A stretch of DNA of 64,000 nt, from positions 299,025 through 363,024 of the forward strand of contig NW_003314394.1 of NCBI RefSeq assembly GCF_000143415.4. Reading direction: 5' to 3'. The notes below the pieces were generated by a model that saw nothing but the letters and a program-made list of their open reading frames with translations, was not told where the DNA came from and ran no database searches. The translations under genes and the position numbers were made by a program. Shown here in pieces: positions 47,152 through 57,725 of this stretch; within the stretch, counting starts at the first letter, position 1; each line of letters opens with the position of its first letter. The stretch comes from Selaginella moellendorffii (taxonomy: Eukaryota; Plantae; Lycopodiophyta).

Positions 47152-49867
47152 TGTTAGGATCCTATCCCTTACACCCTAAACCAACTGGCTAAAGGGGTGA
47201 TCACTTGATTGTAGGGCCCTTTCCTTATCCTATTATCCTGACCTGGTGCCTAACAATCCTCCCCCTCGTCAAGGAATGATCGTCTGTGATCATACTTAGG
47301 CCACCATCCGGTCACCATGGTCCTTCTCATAGGGTCTACCAAACCTTGGTTCTCCCTCTAGATCCACCATGTTGAATATTCCTTCAGAATATTCCTGCCC
47401 CACTCGTCAGCCACGAGAATCGAACTGGGCTCCGATACCAATGTTAGGATCCTATCCCTTACAATCCTCCCCCTACACTACCTCAAAAGCTCCACTGCGC
47501 CGCCGCTCCACTGTGAGCCCTAGGGTAGGTTAAGTCCCTTACCCTAACATGCCTTAATATACCCTTGAGCCTCCCTTTGACCGACGTTGACCACGTAGTC
47601 AAAGCTGGCGCCTAACAATTCTTTCCCCCCAACAAAGTCCTTGTCCCAAGGACGAGTTGTACCGGTGATCACCCTTTCTGGGGAATCTTGCTCAAGCTCC
47701 TGGTCCATCTTCCACAGCCGTATACATCAAGGAGGCATTGGGCCCGTCACTCCGAGATAGTACACCTTTCAACTGGCTGACATAAAATACCGGATGAATT
47801 TTCACCCCAACTGGCAGCCGCACTCGATAAGCCGCTTTACCAATGCGCTCCAGCACTTCATATGGACCAGCATATCGATGGGAAAGTTTATCACTCTTCC
47901 CTGTCCGTAAAGGCACCAAGGTGTTCCGCCGCTCACTTGACGGAAAGATCACTCGCACAAAGACGAGATCACCCACCTTATATTCCCGGAATTGGCGATG
48001 CTCATTAGCAAACTTCTCCACTCTATCCTGAGCTGCTTGCAAATTCCGTTTGCACACCACCAGAATCTCATCAAGTTCTGTGGCCAGATCAGTTGCCTCG
48101 GAATCAAGCTTTTGTTGAACGTCCTTACTCAAATGCAATCCCAACTCCACCGCTGTTCGAGGATGCCTTCCAAACATGGCAAAGTAAGGACTTAGCTTGG
48201 TTCCACTGTGTTGGCTATTGTTGTAAGCAAATTGCACCAACGGAAGATATAGATCCCATTGTCCTTGCCTTTGACCAATGCTACAACGTAGCATATCCTC
48301 CACCACCTGATTCACACGCTCAGTTTGCCCATCCGTCTGAGGATGATCTCCACTCGAGAGTTTCAAAGTCACTTGCATAGCCTTTGCAAAGATTTTCCAA
48401 AATCCACTGGTGAACTTTGAATCTCGATCACTAATGATGTCCTCCGGCAAACCAAAATCAGGAAAAACCTTCTCCAAGTAAACCGCCGCCAAGTCTGAGG
48501 CAGTGACAGTCTTCCGAAGAGCCAACAACCGCACATACTTCGTCAACCGATCCACTATGACCCATACTTGCTCCTTTTGCCTCTGTGTTCGTGGCAAACA
48601 AGTGATGAAGTCCATAGAGATACTACACCAACGGCTCTGAGGAATAGGTAAAGGTTGCAAAAGTCCCCGTGGCACCTTAACCCACTGACAAAGCTCACAT
48701 GATTTACAATACTTGAGGATATCAGCCTTGTAGTGTCCAAGTTCACCGCAATGATGACAACCCTGTCTATAATTCTTCACAAAGAACTTCTGCTTCTTGG
48801 ACCCCTTTGCATCTGAAGTAGTCACCACCGACTTCAACTTGTGATGCTTGTTCCCATCTTTGTGTCCACGGCGATCATCACGACGATTCTCGACAGAAGG
48901 ACTCCGCGAACGCTTGCGAGACTTGTGCTTGTCATTGTCAAGTCGACGAGCCGCATCAAAGAGCTCCTCCAAACTCTTTGTAGGTTGAGAATGACGCAAG
49001 TGTTGCCGCATGCTCTCACTATGTAGGCCATCAATGAAGTAGGACTTGTTCTGATCTGGATCCTTTGTTGGAACACGACTAATCGAGCGAGTAAGCTTCT
49101 CAATATAATCCCCGAGCGTCATTTTCCCTTGCTGGAAATGGCGAAGTTCTGTACGAGCATTCTCCACGTCGTAATGAGGGGCAAAACGTAAACGGAAAGC
49201 AGCCTCAAACTCATCCATGGTAGACACTGGTGGTTTCTTATCCGCAACACGGGACTCCTCAAGCCAATTCCACCATCGAAGACCCGCATCACGCAAAACC
49301 ATCGGAATAGCCACTAAAGCCTCTGCATCTGGAGTTCCTCTAGCAGCCAAAAACTTCTTCACATTGGCTAGCCAAGCAAGACACTCGTCCACACCACCAT
49401 CACCGGAAAAGGTTGGAATCTTGAGTCGATCTACCAAAGAAGGCTTACTTGGAGCGCTACCCCGTCCAGCCTCAAGTGCCTCAACACGCCCACGCATGGT
49501 ATCCATCATGCCATGCATCTCGTCTTGCATCTTTTGCTGATTTTTATTAAGGGCTCGCAGCTCATGAACCACATCTTGAATGGTCCAAATCTCCGCAGCT
49601 TCGTCGGCACCATCGTCGGCAATAGGATTCCAGCGTTCAGCTTGGTCGGCCATCGCAACCAATCCTCTGATACCAATGTTATGATCCGGCGCAAAAAGTC
49701 AAAGATCTCGTTGCCCTAGACTATGCTACGCCACCTCTTGAGGTTCCTATCCTCTGATACCAATGTTAGGATCCTATCCCTTACACCCTAAACCAACTGG
49801 CTAAAGGGGTGATCACTTGATTGTAGGGCCCTTTCCTTATCCTATTATCCTGACCTGGTGCCTAACA
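47152..49867 (-). mobile_element. Chimeric LTR element: TRIM with 104-bp 'LTR-B' fused to an internally deleted gypsy
   Basis: LTR-B at 47152-47255 and 49764-49867; TRIM internal region with PPT and PBS 47256-47440; LTR-A pieces ~47477-47617 and 49677-49748; duplicated PBS. Confidence 0.85.
47692..49662 (-). CDS. In-frame Gag-integrase fusion ORF (656 aa) from a deleted gypsy copy
   Basis: Gag joined at GHYK|ADILKYCKSC to the integrase; protease, RT and RNase H absent. Confidence 0.85.
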   Translation of the reverse strand: MVAMADQAERWNPIADDGADEAAEIWTIQDVVHELRALNKNQQKMQDEMHGMMDTMRGRVEALEAGRGSAPSKPSLVDRLKIPTFSGDGGVDECLAWLANVKKFLAARGTPDAEALVAIPMVLRDAGLRWWNWLEESRVADKKPPVSTMDEFEAAFRLRFAPHYDVENARTELRHFQQGKMTLGDYIEKLTRSISRVPTKDPDQNKSYFIDGLHSESMRQHLRHSQPTKSLEELFDAARRLDNDKHKSRKRSRSPSVENRRDDRRGHKDGNKHHKLKSVVTTSDAKGSKKQKFFVKNYRQGCHHCGELGHYKADILKYCKSCELCQWVKVPRGLLQPLPIPQSRWCSISMDFITCLPRTQRQKEQVWVIVDRLTKYVRLLALRKTVTASDLAAVYLEKVFPDFGLPEDIISDRDSKFTSGFWKIFAKAMQVTLKLSSGDHPQTDGQTERVNQVVEDMLRCSIGQRQGQWDLYLPLVQFAYNNSQHSGTKLSPYFAMFGRHPRTAVELGLHLSKDVQQKLDSEATDLATELDEILVVCKRNLQAAQDRVEKFANEHRQFREYKVGDLVFVRVIFPSSERRNTLVPLRTGKSDKLSHRYAGPYEVLERIGKAAYRVRLPVGVKIHPVFYVSQLKGVLSRSDGPNASLMYTAVEDGPGA

Positions 49868-52800
49868 ATCTCCACGGGAAACGATGCTCCTCCACCTTTG
49901 ATCCTCATCCGAATTCACGTATACCCGGTAAGGTTCTCGATAGGCCTCTGCTGCGGGGTCGAGCTGTTTCTGAAGCCGGCGGTCGACATCACTCTTAATG
50001 AAATTTGGATACTGATCCAACTTCTCAGCTTTACTTTTCGTGGCATCCCGCAGCAGATCGATGAACTTGGGGGCCCCTTCACGTACTCGTCGATGTCTTC
50101 ATTTGACAAATCCAACGCTTCCATCATCTCTTGCGTGGTGTCGATGCTCACCCTCTCCACGGCCACTTGCTTGAAGATCCAATCCTTCAATAGCACACGA
50201 GCTCTCAGAGTCGTGCACAAGTCCTCGTATGTCACAATATGGCCGGGAGTCATTTTGGTCTTGTTGAAGACTACCTCACCACGTAGAAGAGCATTAGCCA
50301 CTGTCAAAAGGTCGTCATCGCCTAGAGACCGCGAGAAACGCAAGGCATTGAGCTTCAAATCATTGGGCTTCCGGCCGTCCTCCACACCCATTGAGTTTAG
50401 TAACTCCCCGTCATGGTACCTCCTCAGCACATCTACCCATTTGTCAAAAACAACTTTTGTCGCGAGTAGAATGTTATGGATGCTGAGTGTGTCATTGACC
50501 CCCAGTGTTTTCGAGAGAAGACTCGAGAATTCCTGCAATGGAAATGGCGTGAGGCCACATGCTATGCCACATGCAACGAGGCTTACCTGCCAGGTGCTAG
50601 TTGCTAGTGCACGTCCTTGTCCTGGTTTTTGTGGCTTCTTCAGTTGAACCCAGAGCTTCCGTGTTCGTGCCAATGTCTCGTGCAGACCCGATTTGTAGCA
50701 CGTTTCTTGCTTGACATTCTGCGCGTGGGAGATGTATATGATAGATCGGAGGGGCGAGTTGCCTTTTATCAAGCGGACAACTCTTGTCTTGAAGACTTTC
50801 TTCACCTCCTTGCCCACCATAATATCCACAACTATCTCTTGCATCGCCAAGCTAGAATGCTGCCCGGAGACGGCATAGAACCGGATGTTCTGATCGTCCA
50901 ACACCTTCCTATTGATCAAGTCTGGAAACCTCGTCTCACCCTTCATTGTTCGGTAGTAGGGGATCACGTCTGCGATGTCGGGTGTTACTAGACTTGCCAA
51001 CATCTTCTGCTTCAGTTTCTCCACCCACTCATCAGATACTAGCCTGTGGTTGTATTTGCTTTGGATGTCGATACGGCTCACGTCGATTGTATATACTTTG
51101 TTGGAATAGTAACAAGTACTATTATCTGCGATGATTTTTGCTGCCTCTTCTTGCTCTTTCTGCTCTTTGCGGCTCTTCTTTTTGGTGGGTGTAGTGTTCG
51201 AACCCGAGGCAATGGCATCACCGAGTAGCTTCTTTTTTGGAGGAGAGTCAAACGTTGGCTTGAGCTTGACCACCCTTTTCTGCTTCGGGGTAGTTTTGAG
51301 ATCGACCCCCTTCCCCTTCGCTTTGCGAACTGGAGGCACTCTCAACGGCTCAATGTTGGAATATAGTTTTTGAACATCGCCGTAGGTGAGGTCCGTGGAT
51401 TCCATGTGATCTTCATAGACCCGCAGCGTCTTTGAAATTGTGGGCCTCCTGGACAACCTCTCCCTAGCTCCCTCTAGGAATTCCTCATAGCCGCTACCCC
51501 CCTCCGGGAAGCTGCTAGGATGTGCAAGGTGGATCTTGAAGGCAGACGCTGTCTCTACCACAAGTGCCAGTCCATATTCTTGCATGGAACTGTATGGAGT
51601 GTCTGTCACTTGGATGAGGATCCCCATGCATTCTTTTCTCCCACCATCTGTGTTGTACAGCCTCAGATCCTCGCCTTCCATCCCGAAAGTCCAACTGGTG
51701 ACCTCCTCCCCCTTCTCTGCAGCCACATTGACAGTGGCTGGAAGAAGAACGCAATTCCTCGCATGTTAAGAAATGCACAACAATTAGAGCTGACAGATGA
51801 AAAGCTAGCAGCTGGAAATAACGTGAGGCCACACGCCATTCACCACTGCATCAGATGTCTTGAGGCTGTATCCTAAGATGGCGTGAGGCTACACGCCATC
51901 TGTAACCAGACTGCACTCGAGAGCCCAATCGGTGCATGCCAATGTTGCTACTAAATGGCATGTGGCCTCATGCCATTTTCTACTTGGCCTAAAAGACTTA
52001 CCATTTGAAGCCGAATGGAGGCATGACAACCGGACTCGCTGGCGAATGTGCACTGTGTGTGCAGCGGATTGTAGCAGCAAGGCTACTCTGCCACTTACAG
52101 TTGGAGAGTGGCGCTGAAATCTCTCGGGACGCCAAGTGGGCTGCGTGTGGGTGGCGGAGTGGGCGGCGGAGTTGGCGGCGAAGTTACAAACTGGGTGTGT
52201 CTTGAAGTGGACGCTGATGCACACGAGCGCGATGCGAGCGCGAGTGTGATGCAAGCGCGAGTGGACACCGATGCACACGAGAAACCTGTAGAGAAGGTAG
52301 ATGAGCGCGAATGTGAGCGTGATCACGAGTGGGAGCGCGATGCGTGCGCGAGTGTGCGAGCGTGAGTACGAAGCAAAATGCAAAACCTAACCTCACACGC
52401 GCGAAATGTCACGACGGTTGGTAATCCCGCCACATCATCATTCCTCGGACTTGGGCACCACCATTAATTTCTGGATCGCCGCGCGTATGCATGCACGTGA
52501 AATCCAAAAGAAATCCGCAACGTCATCATTCCTCGGACTGCATGCACACGAAATCCAAAAGAAAGATCATGATTGGGATATCATTTAATACCCTCGCTAT
52601 ATTTATACCATGCATGATTGGATATTCCAAAGCATCTTGTATTTCCAAAAATGCCAGATGTTCAGCTAAATAAATTGTCAGAGGATTTGATGTGATGTTC
52701 AAGCGTGTAAGCTCATGCAATTTTGATCCCAAAAAATGCACCAAAAAATGCTCAATGTCATCTGGCGTTATCTCTTGAATGGCGTGGGGCCGCATGCCAT

Positions 52801-53273
52801 TTTCAAGGGCACATAGGAGTATATTCCTAGAATATTCTAACACGCGCGAGATTGTTTTGAGTTTTCTGGAGATCCAACCGTTAGATCGCAACTAGATTTT
52901 ACAGAATGGTATACAATGTCCTTCTTGATGACCCTGCAAAGAAGCATCTCGATCGGACACCACATGAGACCACACGAGCCTTACAATGTTTCAGAGGCAT
53001 TTGCCATAGATCCGACAGTTATTTTGCTCCAAGATTCTACAGTTTGGTGTGCATTGACCTTTCCATCAACACTGCAAAGGGATATCACAATCAGATGTGG
53101 GATCACAAGAAACCAACTTCACTAACTCTGGTTTCACCAAGATCTACGTAAAGAGTTATGAAATGAAAGGACCCTCTCTATTGAAATGTGTTTATGGTCC
53201 TAGGGGCATTGTGACATATCAAAGGATTTTGCATCAAGTTCTGTATTTGCATGTTTATCAAGCTACTGAATTG

Positions 53274-53300
53274 CTAAACCCTAAACCCTAAACCCTAAAC
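53274..53300. repeat. Interstitial plant telomere repeat (CCCTAAA), about 4 units
   Basis: ctaaaccctaaaccctaaaccctaaac. Confidence 0.85.
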
Positions 53301-54584
53301 ATGTGGCAAATGCTGCGTGAAGAAAGATGCCCTTTCTGGGCAAATGCTGTAAGAGGCAAATGTCGAGCAGATGTATCTCAGGCTAGCGAAGGGGACAAAC
53401 GAAAGCTAGCTATAAACATGACGGGATGCAAATAGATTACTAGGCTGGTCCTGCGAAAATCAAAAACCATAATTGAAAATATTGAAAATGCAAAAAGAAA
53501 GGTTTATAATATTTTTGAATTTTAAGCAACCAAAGGAATGTAAGTAGGGCATGTGTTTGTAAGTTTAAAAATGCCTCAACCACTTAAATTCCCAAGTAAA
53601 TAAAGCTGTTTCTATTTTTGGTACAGGTAAACTTTATAGCGTGTGGGCTCATGCAATTTTGAACCCAAAAATGCACCAAAAAATGCTTGACTAGCATTAT
53701 TCTTTGAATGGCGTATGGCTTTATATTGCCATAAATGGACGTACACACACAGCATAATTATTCCTTTACACGGCGAATAATCTTGGCGCGGATCGCTGAC
53801 ACGGCATGGCAAAGTTCGAATCACTGACATGGCACAGCTGGATCGAGGCAAGGACATGATGTGACAAAGTTCAACCTCCGACACAAAGTCTAGAAGCTAC
53901 TCAGTTTGAAATTTGTCAGAGGAATCATAAGATCTGGTTTGTCAGAGGATTTGATGTGACGTTCAAGCGTGTGTTATTTTTGAATTCTCGAACTCATTCC
54001 TAGGTCTATCATTTTTGTGCGCTGTGTTCTTGGTTCCGCTGAGCGCAGTGAGCGCTGCTTGTGTAAGCGGCGTTGTGAGCTGTGGTTTATGCGTCTACAA
54101 GCGGTTGTGGCATTGCGAGCGCCATTGCAAGCGGCAGTTTATGCGAGTGGCAGTTTGTGCGAGCGGCGCTATGAGTAGTTGCGGTGTTGTGAGCGGCACT
54201 ACGAGTAGTTGCGGTGTTGCGAGCGGCACTGTCTTTGGTGTGGCTACCGCTTCCTCTTGATATTCGGCACTTGTGCTTCCTAGTATGTTCACCATGGAAT
54301 GGCTTAGGACCACATTTAGAAATGGCATGAGGCCACATGCCATCTTGGGCCCTTGCAATTTCATGGCTAGCGTATTGTCATGTATGTTTTCACTTGCCTG
54401 CAGCTATATGTATATCAAGATGGCATGAGGCCTCATGCCAATTTTGTGAATGCAAAATTTCACGTGGGTGTCAATAGCATGTTTGAATAATAGCATGTGG
54501 CCTCATGTCATTTGGTATGTTATGATTTAGGCCATTCTCCAATCATTTTTTGTATGGTTTTAACTTCTTTTCTGCACTTTCAGA

Positions 54585-57500
54585 ATGGCCTTCAGGGTTG
54601 GGGAAAAGGTTTACATTTTGAATGGTGGGAAGAGAATTGCAAAAGGGACCCTTGTGTCTATGGATCGGAACTTTGTTATACACTGTCAAAGGCTTGGAGA
54701 AGGCAATGCTACTGTATCAGTAGAGACTGTCTTCGATGGGAATGTGGTCGCTATTGAACCAGGAGAGATGGTCGTCGGGGTAAATGTTGTTGTTGCCTTG
54801 AAAAATCTGCAAAAGAAAGCAGATGTTGGGGACAGCGCAAGTGCGACGCATGTTCCCTCCGTGGATCTTAAGAACCGTGCTACATGGATTCAGGCAAAAG
54901 TGTTTCTAAACAACCCCGAGGGGGAGGTGGTAGCTGAGGGCTTAGCCACAGTTGTCGATCCAAGAGATGCGGTTGCTAATCAAGAATTGGGCTGGGATGA
55001 TATTGGAGTTGCGATTTTAAAGGTTGTTGACACAGAAGAAAACAGTCTGACTATTGGAAGCATTGTGCGGTGGAAATTGAGGCATTTAGTGTTTGAGAAT
55101 GTGAAGGATTCACAATCAAACACCACTACAACTGATGACAGAACATCTCTTCATGGGAAAAGAAAGTACACCTTCCTAAAGCGCAGCCAAAGGGATCTGA
55201 GCAACGAACCGAAAAGGCAGAAAATGGCGATGGAGGTTCGAATGGTCTCGACAGTTGCTTGTTGCAAGAGGAGGTGCTGTCAACATGCTGATTGGGATGC
55301 TATTGAAGAGGAGAGAGCAAGATACAAGACATTGTCCTGGAAGGTAGCTCGCAATTTTGTGTATGAGGCATTACGGTCATCTGTTGATGCTTCAGAACAT
55401 CAGGTGGGGGGCATGGTCTTCCTGAGGGGTTTGGTCTGCATGAAGGCATGGAGAATCATTTATGGAGTCCCTCGAAGCACATTCTACAGAATCAAAACTG
55501 AGTTCGAGGAACAAAGGGTTCAACAGGCAGTCCATGGGAACGACGGTACGCACAAAACCAGGGGTCATGTTGTATATGGAGAGGCAATCTTCAAGAGGTT
55601 TGTCGAGACATGTAGCGAGCAGCAACCACATAAAACCCGCCTCTTGGAAGATGGAACACGAGACACCCAACGAGTTCTCCCTTCCATGTATACCAAGGGG
55701 GCCATATTGGAAGATGTGAATCGGGAACTCCAGAGTAATGGCTACAGGAAGCTGAGCCAATCTAGATTTAGTAAATTGTGGAGCAACAGGTTCAGGGATG
55801 TGAGTATAGGAAAGTACTCCAGCTTTTCAAAGTGTGACGAGTGCACTGCTATCAAAATGGCTTTGTCGAAGAATTCTTGCAGCGCTCAAGAGCGAGAGAC
55901 GTTAGTTAGAAGGCGGCTCGACCACAACATCGAGCAGAGAAGCTGCAGGACTGCATATTATCATAACAGGATTCTCTCCATGGAGAGACCTGACTCTTAC
56001 CTCTGCATCATCCACGACAAAATAGACCAGAAAAAGACGTGCTTACCTCGACTCAATCCTGCCCCCAAGGCAATCTCTTCATCCATGCAGCTGCCTGTGT
56101 CTCTGTTTGGCATAATCGCTCATGGGCATGGTGCCCAGAACTATGGGAACTTCTTTGTACCTCTATGGGGTGGCGGGGGTGCAAACATGATGATTGCGTC
56201 CCTAACAAAACACTTAAGGTCTCTGCAAAGTGCGCAGACTGAGCTGAACGGCCAACCCTTGCATAAGGCCCTTGTCGATCGAACCCCATACAGGGTTCAG
56301 CTGGAGGAGGAGCAAAGGCTTGCAGTATTGCGTGGGGCCCCATGCCATCCCAGTGAATATGTTGGCCGTCAGATTGTAGGGTTATCACGTGAGGCCTCAT
56401 GCCATTCCGACGAGGCTGGTCGCTCGGTGAATGCACAGCCTCATCCAAACGAAGCAGAATCTCAAGGAAGTTCTTGCGGCCGATGTGGCCTTCCACCCCA
56501 TCTTCTGCTCCAAACAGACAATGCTGGCAGTGAGAACAAAAACATGTACGTCTTCGCGTACTTGGCGATGCTTATTGCCAAAGGCATATTTGAAATGGTT
56601 ACACTTGGCTTTCTCATGGTTGGGCACACTCATGAAGACGTCGATGCCATGTTCAGTCACCTGGCAAGTCCCTCCGGCGATCCAATGTCCTCACCCTCCC
56701 ACAACTCTACGATGAATTCCAAAATTGCATCAAAGGCACTGTTGAAGCTGCACTTGTGACAGAGGTTCCAGACTTTAAGGGGTTTGTAAGAGGCTACATC
56801 AGGGACGGATCCAAAATGCTGATTGGCCACTCCAAGCCTCTTCAGTTTCATTTCAGCATGCGTTACGGTGCTCCAGTGATGAGGTACAAGATGAGAGAAT
56901 GGGACACACTGTGGCTGCCAGTGGACGGCATTGAACTCTTCAAGAGAGATCCCATAACTGGGGAACCTATGATTCCTCAGGGTTCCCCACGGCCGATGCA
57001 CCCGGATGGACTCAAAGACCAGGAAAGTATAGTGGCCGGGATTAGACAGCATATTGCCTTCTGGAAGAGGGGGTTGGTGTTTGGTGGAGAATCCTATTTT
57101 AAGAGGTGCAAGCCTTTGCTCGAATACTGGAAGAAGATTATATCTACTATCCAAAATGGGCCGGTTGTATATGAAGAATTGGAAGAGTCCTTTTGGCCAG
57201 AACCCAGAGCACCAGATAGTAGCGGAACAATGTCCCCTGGAAATGCAGTGATAGATAACGATGTTGAGGATCACTATTGTGGGCCGAGGAACAAGAAGCC
57301 AGATTCAGCATTCAATCCAGTACAGGTCTGCAAAGGAATGCTCGTGCTTGTCAGACCCAGTAATAAAAAACAAATGATATGGGTGGGGTGCTGCATCATT
57401 GATGCAGAGGAGGACGCGGAAACTAACTCCTTCAATGTAACTGTGGAGTGGTTCAAGCCAAGTTCCGGATATACGAAGGATTGCCTAGAAAAGAGATGGG

Positions 57501-57725
57501 TGCTGAATCCAAGGGATCCCAGCATGAGCATATCGGTGGGTAATGTTGTGCATGGTTGGATGCGGAAGCAGAGTGCCACCATCACCTTGCCAGACCATGC
57601 AAGAGATGCAGCAAGAGCATTCATAACCCGGGTTCAAGGTGAGATTCATTAATATTCCTTTACTAAGTTTCTAATGTATTTTATTTCAAGGTGAACAATC
57701 CGAATCTGAATCAGAGGAGGCGTGA
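54585..57725 (+). pseudogene. DDD transposase (Sola1-like) with a one-base frameshift at ~56663
   Basis: CCKRRC and KCDEC cysteine clusters; catalytic-type motifs IIHDKIDQKK, QTDNAGSENKN, FLMVGHTHEDVDAMFSH; the shifted frame reads on GKSLRRSNVLTLPQL...VPDFKGFV. Confidence 0.8.

Larger units (their letters stand above)
46503..51726 (-). pseudogene. ParB-like domain plus degenerate N4/N6-methyltransferase-like fusion, split by an LTR insertion (47152-49867)
   Basis: NHRLVSDEWVEKLKQKM...FYAVSGQHS (ParB/Srx-like); in-frame intron 50533-50586; frameshift ~50070 continuing KFIDLLRD...SRGD, then after the insertion ISEQVKNIFCVMDF...KCVVEYNCGGLFFRAALLKGVPCVAV. Confidence 0.55.

Noticed and set aside
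47152-47255. TRIM as a Cassandra element
   Set aside because: No recognisable 5S rRNA sequence in the 104-bp LTR
47147-49872. TSD around the nested LTR chimera
   Set aside because: Flanks ATATA and ATCTC match at only 3 of 5 positions
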